This document shows positions 10,069-18,114 of a stretch of DNA of 59,219 nt, piece by piece. Each line of letters starts with the position of its first letter. Position 1 is the first letter of the stretch. The notes beneath the pieces were generated by a model that was given only the letters and a program-made list of their open reading frames with translations, was not told the DNA's origin and searched no databases. The stretch covers positions 1 through 59,219 of the forward strand of contig JAITDA010000015.1 in assembly GCA_031282805.1 (NCBI GenBank), in the 5' to 3' direction. This DNA is from Holosporales bacterium (GTDB taxonomy: Bacteria > Pseudomonadota > Alphaproteobacteria > RUG11792). A program made the translations under genes and the position numbers.

Positions 10069-10370
10069 ACAAGACTCCACAAAACATGGCTTACTGGTAC
10101 CATCAATGTATCAGTGGTGTCTCCGGTTCCTTATGAGTATTTTTCCTTACTACACACCACAAAATTCCAGTCGCAACACTTGCGGAAATGCGCATATTTT
10201 CTTCTTGCAAAACTATTTTGTATCACGGGAGTGCGTACATATTCCTAAATCCTAAACTTCCGAGATATCCTGCACATTTTTTGAGTTTATAAGTATATGC
10301 CTATCTTGCCTCCATTGAAAATTTCTTAAATTCATACTAAAATGTCGTTTTAGCGAAGTTGTTTTGATAA

Positions 10371-11585
10371 ATGTTCGGGAAACCTAGTTTCTTCGCTTTT
10401 TTAAAATGTTCAATTCCTGGCACAATCTGGGCCATCGGGGTTTCGTCTCTCTTGGTTAACATTTCTACGTCTATTGTCTTCGCAGGTTCCGCCCTGTATC
10501 TAAAAACGGTGTTGGGTGTTGCTGTGTCCGCTATAGGACTACTCGAGGCAGTTGTCGAAGCAATTGCATACGGAGTCCGAATCTTTTCCGGAGTGATAAG
10601 TGATTACTGCAAAAAGAGGAAATTTTTACTAGTAATCGGTTTTGTCATGCTTGCTTTGGCAAAGCCATTCTTAGGAATATCGAGATCATTCACAGGAATT
10701 TTCGTTGCTAGGGTAATCGATAGAATGGGAAACGGAATTCAGGCCAGTCCACGGGATGCACTAGTAAGTGACTGCGCCCCGAAGGACATGAAAGGGGCAT
10801 GTTTTGGTTTACGGCAAAGTTTAGCTGTAATCGGTTCGACTGTTGGGGGATTGTTGGGTATCGTTGTAATGAAATTGACTGGCAACAACTTCGAGCTGCT
10901 ATTTATACTAGCTGGAATCCCTGCGATTGTTGCAACCGTCATTTTAATCATATTTGTAAAAGAAAAATGCGTCAAAAAATCAGAACTACAAAGAAAAAAG
11001 ATTAAATTGAAAGATTTGAAATTACTCGGCAAAAAGTTTTGGATATTAATGATAGTCGTAATGATCTTCATGCTCGGGAGATTTGGAGAAATGTTCATAT
11101 CCCTACATGCATGCAGTAACTTCGCTTTGGATGTCGCATACGGTACTGCCATCACACTTATATATAACTTGTTTGCAACAATCATATCCTATCCAATTGG
11201 AAAATTATCAGATAAAAAAAACAGAACTACCTTGCTTTTAGGCGGTTTCATCGCACTGCTCCTTGCTCATTTGCTAATTGGGTATGCAAAAAATTTAACA
11301 TTTGTATTCTGTGGAACCGTTCTTTGGGGAGTACAAAGAGGAATAACGGAGGGACTATTTGCAACGCTAGTCTCTGATTACGTTCCCAAAGACCTCAGGG
11401 GAACAGGATTTGGTGTGTATTACCTCATTATCTCCGCTGCGACTGCAACAGCGAGCACAATTGCAGGAATCATTTCGCAATGTAATGGTGAGGCGTCAGC
11501 CTTTATCGTTGGAGCTGTCTTCTCGTGCTGTGCAATATTGACACTATTACTCTGTAAAAAGGCGTTGGCAACCGTGGTTGTTTAG
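10371..11585 (+). CDS. MFS transporter, substrate unknown
   Basis: 404 aa, ~12 hydrophobic segments with a central charged loop (KEKCVKKSELQRKKIKLKD). MFS-like GVISDYCKKRK loop between TM2 and TM3. Confidence 0.75.
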   Translation: MFGKPSFFAFLKCSIPGTIWAIGVSSLLVNISTSIVFAGSALYLKTVLGVAVSAIGLLEAVVEAIAYGVRIFSGVISDYCKKRKFLLVIGFVMLALAKPFLGISRSFTGIFVARVIDRMGNGIQASPRDALVSDCAPKDMKGACFGLRQSLAVIGSTVGGLLGIVVMKLTGNNFELLFILAGIPAIVATVILIIFVKEKCVKKSELQRKKIKLKDLKLLGKKFWILMIVVMIFMLGRFGEMFISLHACSNFALDVAYGTAITLIYNLFATIISYPIGKLSDKKNRTTLLLGGFIALLLAHLLIGYAKNLTFVFCGTVLWGVQRGITEGLFATLVSDYVPKDLRGTGFGVYYLIISAATATASTIAGIISQCNGEASAFIVGAVFSCCAILTLLLCKKALATVVV

Positions 11586-11623
11586 GACTGCAATGAATAA
11601 CCTCTCCTCTCCAAACAAGTGTT

Positions 11624-11650
11624 TAATGTGATCTAGCATGTAGAATTCCT
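11624..11650. repeat. Copy 2 of the ~28-bp intergenic direct repeat
   Basis: See copy 1 (10041-10068). 23 identical positions arranged as an 11-mer plus a 10-mer plus CT. Confidence 0.8.
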
Positions 11651-11954
11651 CTGAGAAGATTTTTTTCTATAATTCCTCTCTATTTAAGTTACTTTTATGG
11701 GGGGATGTGCCTGGCATTTAATATTGTAAGGTTCTTAATTAGCAAAATCTGGAAATGTGCCTACCTAACATTGGCGATAACTAGAGATAGCACTCGGTAA
11801 GTACCTCGTAAAAAAGTGTTATTTGATCAACGCCAATTGTACATTACATCTCGCTACATGCTCGTAAAACAAAAGCTCGCTCTAGTCAAGAGGTCGTGAT
11901 TGTAATTGTTTTTGCGACGTGTTATCATCGGAAGTTACTTTTTGTGGGGACTTT

Positions 11955-12464
11955 ATGGTCAAGGACAGAGAGGGCAATTTCAGGAATGGTGTTGGCATGG
12001 TAGTCGTTAACAATGACAATAGGATTTTTGCCGGTAAAAAAAATTCTGTCAATACAAAGATGGTGTCGTTCTTTCTGAAAAAACCTTGGCAAATGCCGCA
12101 AGGAGGTATTGAAAAAGGTGAGGCCCCGATTGAAGCCGCTCTTAGAGAGCTCAAGGAAGAGATTGGAACTGATAATGTCGACGTTATCGCAGAGACAGAA
12201 GAGTGGTTGGAATATCTGGTTCCGCATGGCCTTAGGAGAAAAAATAATAAATTTATTGGACAGCGGCAAAAATGGTTCCTTTTGAAGTTTCTTGGAAATG
12301 ATAAGGAAATTGATTTGAAATTGACGAATCATAGCGAGTTTGACATTTGGCGCTGGATGTCCGTTGGAAATGTAATAAGACTATCCGTGCACTTTAAACG
12401 TAATTTATATTTGGACGTATTTAAGAGTTTCAGGTGGTACTTTGATGGTGAAGAGCGGAAATAG
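11955..12464 (+). CDS. rppH: RNA pyrophosphohydrolase / (di)nucleoside polyphosphate hydrolase, Nudix family (InvA-type)
   Basis: Nudix box GGIEKGEAPIEAALRELKEEIG. RppH-type WQMPQGG, GQRQKWFLLKF, EFDIWRW. ATG 11955 (169 aa) has GGGGA just upstream. The longest ORF starts at 11919. Confidence 0.85.
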   Translation: MVKDREGNFRNGVGMVVVNNDNRIFAGKKNSVNTKMVSFFLKKPWQMPQGGIEKGEAPIEAALRELKEEIGTDNVDVIAETEEWLEYLVPHGLRRKNNKFIGQRQKWFLLKFLGNDKEIDLKLTNHSEFDIWRWMSVGNVIRLSVHFKRNLYLDVFKSFRWYFDGEERK

Positions 12465-12526
12465 TATTAAATTTTTCTGCGTTTTAAGTATAACTTAATG
12501 AAAATACCTCATAATGACGTCAGTGA

Positions 12527-13249
12527 ATGAATGTGCGGTTTTTTATGAACGTATTCAAATTTTTCTCAAGAATTACTGTCTTGATTTGCTTTCAACTTGG
12601 CTCGTTGTATTACGGTGTTTGTTCGGATCAAGGTGATGAAGATAGTACCCTCGAGCAAGCATATGATTCTGATTTGAATTTTGATCCGATAACAGAGATA
12701 TCTCTCGGATGCAAAACTTCTCTAAATCCGGTATACGTCTACGTATCTCCGACTTGCCTGCATTGTGGAAGGTTTCTGATCGAAGATGTGGAAAAATTTC
12801 TTGAAAAATACGGAGAGACTGCTTGTGTAGTTGTAGGAATTCTGCCAACTTCAGCAAAGGATATTTTCATCATGAAACTAATCCAAAATGAGACAAATGA
12901 TGCAAACAAATACTTCGCGATCTTCACAAACCTTATAAAACGAGCTATAGCCACGATAAACTATGTAAAACCCACTGACCATCAACTCAATCTTTACAAG
13001 GGGTCAAATACCGATGAGGAAATGATAAAGTTTCAGGTTATAGCCTCTGAATTTGGTTTTACTGATGCTCAAATAATTAGTGCAATCCCAAATATGGGTG
13101 GTCTCTTTGAAATTAGTGTGATTGGTAAATACAAAACGGGTGTAAGAGTGCTTGCCGACATTCTTGAAACAAAGGAACTGAACCTACCAATTATTGTTCG
13201 TGGCAACAAAAAATATGAAAGCCTGGAAAAGGCTATGGAAGATAACTAA
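12527..13249 (+). CDS. DsbA-family thiol:disulfide oxidoreductase (Com1-like), exported
   Basis: 240 aa. Hydrophobic N-terminus. Thioredoxin-fold active site SPTCLHCGRF (CxxC). Confidence 0.7.
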   Translation: MNVRFFMNVFKFFSRITVLICFQLGSLYYGVCSDQGDEDSTLEQAYDSDLNFDPITEISLGCKTSLNPVYVYVSPTCLHCGRFLIEDVEKFLEKYGETACVVVGILPTSAKDIFIMKLIQNETNDANKYFAIFTNLIKRAIATINYVKPTDHQLNLYKGSNTDEEMIKFQVIASEFGFTDAQIISAIPNMGGLFEISVIGKYKTGVRVLADILETKELNLPIIVRGNKKYESLEKAMEDN

Positions 13250-14026
13250 CTTGATATAAACGTGTACAAACTTGTCGTCAATGTCAAGTCGAGAAGTTTT
13301 ATCAGTGCCAAGTTGATCGTGGAGAAGAGAGGAGTTATACTTGCTTTTGGCGTTATATCAAAGGGGATAGTTGTATATTTTTATCAATAGCAATATTGGT
13401 TTTTCAGCGTAATCAAGTTTGGTAACGTAACACAAAATTACAAGACTTTTAATTTTCAAAATTTGTTACAACATACTCAATATAGGCATCTTCTTCAAAG
13501 ATTTCTTCGTACTAAAATTCTAGCCTGTATGCACCATACATACACCGTTGAATTTCAATGTTCCACCATGGAAATTTCTAAAAGTTTTAGTGCCACCATT
13601 TTCAACTTCAAATCCAGTAATACACACTGCGTCTCGATCACCATCAATTCACATATATTCATGCGGTCTGTAAATTTTCAACAATGGTATTAAACTATTT
13701 TAGTGAGCAGTTGGTAAATAAAAAAAATAATCTAAGATGGAGAGATGAGCAAGAGGAGATTAAGTAACCAAAAACACTGCAGCATTGTTTTCCATAAGTT
13801 GGGATTGTCGATTCATAAGAACACTGTGGATAGTGGGAAACAGAGGTAGATGAATCATATTTTGAAGGTGCGATGAAGTGTATTTAAAATATCAAAACGA
13901 AGATGGAAGGATGTACTCCGTATCATATGATAAGAATCAAGATATAGTCAGGGAGCATTGTTTATACAGATTACTGAATTGGGTATAATACACTTAGTGT
14001 GTTCAAACATTTCATGACAACTAATA

Positions 14027-14106
14027 TAGATAAGTATAATTATCAATGGAATAGAGAACTTTCGGGATCAAGCTAAGAGACATATGAGGAAATTTAATGA
14101 TATGCC
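14027..14106. repeat. Copy A of a dispersed intergenic repeat (partner at 43961-44015)
   Basis: TAGATAAGTATAATTA + 26-bp insert + CAAGCTAAGAGACATATGAGG + aa + ATTTAATG-a-TAT-g-CC. The partner has the same blocks without the insert. Confidence 0.85.
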
Positions 14107-14430
14107 ACAAAGAAGCACTCTTATCCACTACTGCCACATAATTTAAATGATACTTTATTTTGAAAATTATTTATCATTTTAGTCATCCGGTTGTCTCAGC
14201 TATTATCTTCTTTTCGTGTTATGTGTTATAAGTAAACAAAATTGGTAATTGATAGCGGCTATCAACGAATAAAAAAGTACACGCGACACCACGTGACAGC
14301 TCTATAGGGATTTGTAAATACAAAAACGAATTTGGAAGTATCGACTGGAGTTAAATTTGATAACCGCAAATTACGGTATTGAGGCAGATATCTACGTTTT
14401 TAAACTGGTTTAATGCCTGGTATCCATCGA

Positions 14431-14464
14431 AGCGATGAGTTGGGAAGATCCCAAACTCATCGCT
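14431..14464 (-). terminator. Hairpin 10 nt after the repeat-protein stop; possible terminator or 3' stabiliser
   Basis: AGCGATGAGTT(GGG)-aagatc-(CCA)AACTCATCGCT: 11 perfect bp plus 2 more after one mismatch. No U-tract follows. Confidence 0.3.
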
Positions 14465-14473
14465 GATATTCCA

Positions 14474-17400
14474 CTATTCTACCATTGTTTCGCGTAGATT
14501 TTCAAGTCCGTCCACAACCCTTGTGAGCCGTTCTGCGTAATCGGCGCTGCGCGCTACAGCTCCACTATCCAAACTCGAATCCGATCCCTCATCGATCACC
14601 GTCACCGATTTGTCTTCATCAGTCACCGATTCCCTATCTCTACCAAAGTCAGTATGCTCTTTTGGGGCCTGATCGGCTGGGCTCACAACGTCTGATTCTG
14701 GTGTCACCGATGTTTCTGATGACGCCGATCCAGATGGGGATACCTCATTGCTTTGTCGATCTTCGCTATATTCGGACCGTACGTCAGTCGTTTCTCCACC
14801 ATGGCTGCCATGCTTTTGCTTTTGCTCTTTGACTTGAGCGGTTGGGCTCTCAGCATCTGGACCGATTGATTCTGAGCTCTCCAATTCCGATTGGCGCCCT
14901 ACATCTCTCCCTTGGTCTTCGATATATTCGGACCGTACGTCAGTCACTTCTCCGCCTTGGTTGCCCTGCTTTTTCTCTTTGACGTGAGCGAATGGGTTCT
15001 CAACTTCTGGTCCGATTGATTCTGGGTCCTTCAATTCAGGGCGGCGTCTCACTTCCTTCCTTTGATCTTCGTCACGCTCATCACCCGAATAGGTCTCTTG
15101 TACTTCATCTCCACCTGCATCCCGGTGTGCCCCCCTGTCGTCTCGTCCGACATTGCCTGTATCAACTCCATAGTCGGTGGGCATTGCATCGGTTTGTTTG
15201 TGCAGCACCATGTCTCGGCCTCTTCTATGTCTCGAGGCGATCTTTCGGCTTCCTGTGTTCGCTCTACCTGATTCACCGAGTGTATCAGCATTCCTTAATG
15301 ATTCTGTTCCGGTCGTCAGTGTATCTCGTTGTTTTGCTTCAAGACGTTCTCCTTCCGGTCCCCCCTCTCTATGAATCCTCTCATCTTCCAACACCCGCAC
15401 TGATTCCGGGATTGGATATACCCGCCGCGTAGTTGCTAGGGGCGCTACCTGCCGCTCGTTTACCTCCCTTCGAATGTCGTCTATATGTTGCTCTATAACG
15501 TTGGCTATCTCCCGCTTTATACCGCTTGCCATCCGTTGCATCAAAACCGCGAAAGTTGATGCTGCATCTGCTAGGGCCGGTGGTGGGACCGGATCTAATG
15601 TCGGTGCCTCTATTGGTGTTGCATCCGCATGTGCTGTTGGTGCGTCTTCTGCTATCGCTGAAGCTGCTACCGGTGCTGCTACGCTCTGAGCTGTTGCAAA
15701 CCCTACTTGCGCTACAGGAGCTGGAACTGCTGTTGCGCTTGGATTTGTTGTAGTTACCTCTGCTGGTGCTGTTGCTGCGCTCGGAACTGCTGTAAACTCT
15801 ACTTGCGCTACAGGAGCTGGAACTAATGTTGCGCTTGGAACTACTGTAGTTGCCTCTGCCGGTGCTGCTGCACTTGGAACTGCTGTAGCTATCCCTGTTT
15901 GAGCTACCGGGGTTAGAGATGTCGGTTCCGCACCTGGAGTTGCTGTATGTACCGCTTCTACTGGTATTGAAGTTGGAGCTGCTACTGGTGCTGCTGCGCT
16001 TGAAACTACTGCAGTTGCCTCTGCCGGTGCTGTTGCGCTTTGAACTGCTGTAGAAACTACCTCTACAGGTGTCACTGGTATTGCAGCTTGAGCTTGTCCT
16101 GATTCTATTTCAGTCACTTTTTTATTGAGATCTTCTAACATTGTTAAAATTTTATCCGTATCTCCGGCCACATTTTTCATTTCTTCGACCACTATTTTCA
16201 CTTCGCCCCTCGTCTCAGCCACCTCATCCGCTACTTTTTCAACCTTCTCCACTGTTTCTTCCGTAGGCCGATTATCTTCATTGACCTTTTGGCTTGCCTT
16301 CTCTGCTATTTTTTGTCCTGCTTCTTCTGTTGGATCTGGAGATTCGCCAGGTTTAAGTGGAACCAACAGCTGTTGTTCATTTGGAGTCACTGTTACCGTT
16401 AGTGCTGGTGCTGCCACTGGAGCCGCCGTTGGTGCCGGTGCTGGTACTTCCGCTATTGCTGTTGGAGCCACTGTCGGAGCTGCCGTAGCCTCAGCAACTT
16501 GTGCTGGAGCTGGTGCTGGAGCTGGAGCTGTAGTGGCCTCGGCAACTTGTGCTGCTGTTTGTACCGCCGTTGGTGCTGGTACTGGAGCTGTTGCCGGTAC
16601 TACTGTTGTTTGAGCCGCTGTTGGAGCTGCCGTAGCCTCAGCAACTTGTGCTGCTACTGGAGCTGGCGCTGCTACAGGTACTGTTGGTTCTGGTACTGCT
16701 GCTGGTGCTGTTGGAGCCGGTGCTGGTACTCCCGCTACTACTGTTGTTTGAGCCGCTGTTGGAGCTATAGTGGCCTCAGCAACTGGTTCTGGTACTGCAG
16801 CTGGTACTGCAGCTGGTGCTGCCACTGGAGCCGCCGTTGGTGCCAGCGCCTCAGCTACTGGTGCTGCTACTGGTGCTGCTGCCAGTACTGTTGGTTCTGG
16901 TACTGCTGCCGCCGTTGGTGCCAGCGCTTCAGCTACTGGTGCTACTACTGGCGCTGCTGCCGGTACTGTTGCTTCTGGTACTGCTGCCGCCGTTGGTGCC
17001 GGTGCTGGTACTCCCGCTACTACTGTTGTTTGAGCCGCTGTTGGAGCTGCCGTAGCCTCAGCAACTTGTGCTGGAGCTGGTGCTGGAGCCGCTGTTGGAG
17101 CTGTAGTGGCCTCAGCAACTGGTGTTGGTGCTGCTACTGGTGCTGGTGCTGCTGCCGCCGTTGGTGCCAGCACCTCAGCTACTGGTGCTGCTACTGGAGC
17201 TGGCGCTGGAGCTGTTGCCGGTACTGCTGTTTGTACCACCGTTGGTACCAGTGCCTCAGCAACTGGTTCTGGTACTGCTGCCGCCGTTGGTGCCGGTGCT
17301 GATACTTCCGCTACTGCTGTTGTTTGAGCCGCTGTTGGAGCTGTAGTGGCCTCAGCAACTGGTTCTGGTACTGCAGCTGGTGCTGTTGGAGCCACTGCTG

Positions 17401-17983
17401 TTGGAGCCACTGCTGGAGGATCTGCAAATAGTTCTTGCATAAACTCTCTATCTTCATTTTGCTCTGGTTCAATTGGAGTCCCCATTCCTAGTGCCTGATC
17501 GGCATTGGCTACGTCAACTAGAGCATTCTGATCACCTGCTGCTGGTTGATACACTCCCTGGGTAGGCAACGGCCCGCCCTCTGCATTTGGTGCAACACCT
17601 CCTAGTGCCTGATCGGCATTGGCTACGTCAACTGGAGCATTTAAATCACCAGCTGCTTGCATTGGGGGAAACGCTGCTTCTGGTACCTGATCGACATTGG
17701 CTACATCAACTAGAGCATTTTGATCACCAGCTGCTGGTTGATACGCTCCCTGGGCAGGTAACGGCCGGCCCTCTGCATTTGGTGCAACACCTCCTTGTAC
17801 CTGACCAACATCGACTACATTGGCTGGATCATTTTGATCACCAAATGCAGGTGATTGGGCTGGCATGCCTTGTGGAGCCTCCACATTTGGCGCAAACGCA
17901 CCTTCTGCAGCATAGGAATATCCCCCCACTATACTCAAAACGAGTGGGGTAAGACAAACCGTTATTAATTTCTTATTTATCAT
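14474..17983 (-). CDS. Large secreted mosaic tandem-repeat protein (Ala/Pro/Thr/Val-rich arrays, coiled coil, acidic Ser-rich tail)
   Basis: 3.5-kb ORF. ATG 17983 has GAGAGG upstream and gives the signal peptide MINKKLITVCLTPLVLSIVGGYSYA-AEG (1169 aa). The longest ORF starts at 18025. Four internal repeat families are listed below. Confidence 0.85.
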   Translation of the reverse strand: MINKKLITVCLTPLVLSIVGGYSYAAEGAFAPNVEAPQGMPAQSPAFGDQNDPANVVDVGQVQGGVAPNAEGRPLPAQGAYQPAAGDQNALVDVANVDQVPEAAFPPMQAAGDLNAPVDVANADQALGGVAPNAEGGPLPTQGVYQPAAGDQNALVDVANADQALGMGTPIEPEQNEDREFMQELFADPPAVAPTAVAPTAPAAVPEPVAEATTAPTAAQTTAVAEVSAPAPTAAAVPEPVAEALVPTVVQTAVPATAPAPAPVAAPVAEVLAPTAAAAPAPVAAPTPVAEATTAPTAAPAPAPAQVAEATAAPTAAQTTVVAGVPAPAPTAAAVPEATVPAAAPVVAPVAEALAPTAAAVPEPTVLAAAPVAAPVAEALAPTAAPVAAPAAVPAAVPEPVAEATIAPTAAQTTVVAGVPAPAPTAPAAVPEPTVPVAAPAPVAAQVAEATAAPTAAQTTVVPATAPVPAPTAVQTAAQVAEATTAPAPAPAPAQVAEATAAPTVAPTAIAEVPAPAPTAAPVAAPALTVTVTPNEQQLLVPLKPGESPDPTEEAGQKIAEKASQKVNEDNRPTEETVEKVEKVADEVAETRGEVKIVVEEMKNVAGDTDKILTMLEDLNKKVTEIESGQAQAAIPVTPVEVVSTAVQSATAPAEATAVVSSAAAPVAAPTSIPVEAVHTATPGAEPTSLTPVAQTGIATAVPSAAAPAEATTVVPSATLVPAPVAQVEFTAVPSAATAPAEVTTTNPSATAVPAPVAQVGFATAQSVAAPVAASAIAEDAPTAHADATPIEAPTLDPVPPPALADAASTFAVLMQRMASGIKREIANVIEQHIDDIRREVNERQVAPLATTRRVYPIPESVRVLEDERIHREGGPEGERLEAKQRDTLTTGTESLRNADTLGESGRANTGSRKIASRHRRGRDMVLHKQTDAMPTDYGVDTGNVGRDDRGAHRDAGGDEVQETYSGDERDEDQRKEVRRRPELKDPESIGPEVENPFAHVKEKKQGNQGGEVTDVRSEYIEDQGRDVGRQSELESSESIGPDAESPTAQVKEQKQKHGSHGGETTDVRSEYSEDRQSNEVSPSGSASSETSVTPESDVVSPADQAPKEHTDFGRDRESVTDEDKSVTVIDEGSDSSLDSGAVARSADYAERLTRVVDGLENLRETMVE
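14771..15082. repeat. 156-bp (52-aa) tandem duplication in the acidic C-terminal region of the repeat protein
   Basis: TTCGGACCGTACGTCAGTC recurs at 14771 and 14927. Peptide units are ...ESIGP(E/D).E.P.A.VKE.KQ...GGE.TDVRSEY.ED... Confidence 0.85.
15703..15894. repeat. 96-bp (32-aa) tandem repeat in the second Ala/Pro/Thr/Ser-rich block
   Basis: CTACTTGCGCTACAGGAGCTGGAACT occurs at 15703 and 15799. Peptide: AVPSAA.APAE.TT..PSAT.VPAPVAQV.F. Confidence 0.8.
16400..17425. repeat. ~1-kb degenerate coding tandem array, unit ~138-147 bp (46-49 aa)
   Basis: GTTGTTTGAGCCGCTG recurs at 16605, 16743, 17025 and 17319. Peptide core: VAEAT.APTAAQTTVV.GVPAPAPTA..VPEP. Confidence 0.85.
17487..17800. repeat. 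192-bp (64-aa) tandem duplication near the N-terminus, with a nested 114-bp sub-repeat
   Basis: CTAGAGCATT occurs at 17518 and 17710. CCTAGTGCCTGATCGGCATTGGCTACGTCAACT occurs at 17487 and 17601. Peptide: GGVAPNAEG.PLP.QG.YQPAAGDQNALVDVAN.DQ. Confidence 0.8.
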
Positions 17984-18114
17984 AAAGACACCTCTCACAA
18001 CAACAAATGGATTATGAAGTCCCATAAATTTCTTCTATTTCAATTATGAGAAGAAAACATTAAGAATAAGTTAATATATGTAGAGAATTTTGTATTTTTC
18101 TGAATTTTTCAAAA

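Noticed and set aside
16125-17346. Long plus-strand ORFs antisense to the repeat-protein gene: 16499-17302 (267 aa, CWSWCW...), 16125-16613, 16770-17033, 16816-17055, 17106-17327, 17122-17346.
   Set aside because: They lie inside GCN/CCN-rich tandem repeats that lack stop codons in several frames. Their products are Cys/Trp/Leu or Ala/Gly/Thr low-complexity strings with non-ATG or arbitrary starts. The minus-strand frame is the only one with a signal peptide, an RBS and non-repetitive flanking domains.
14474-18025. Whether the tandem repeats could be a CRISPR array or non-coding satellite.
   Set aside because: Repeat units are 96-192 bp, multiples of 3, degenerate, directly abutting with no unique spacers, and all in one long open frame. 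There are no cas genes in the window.
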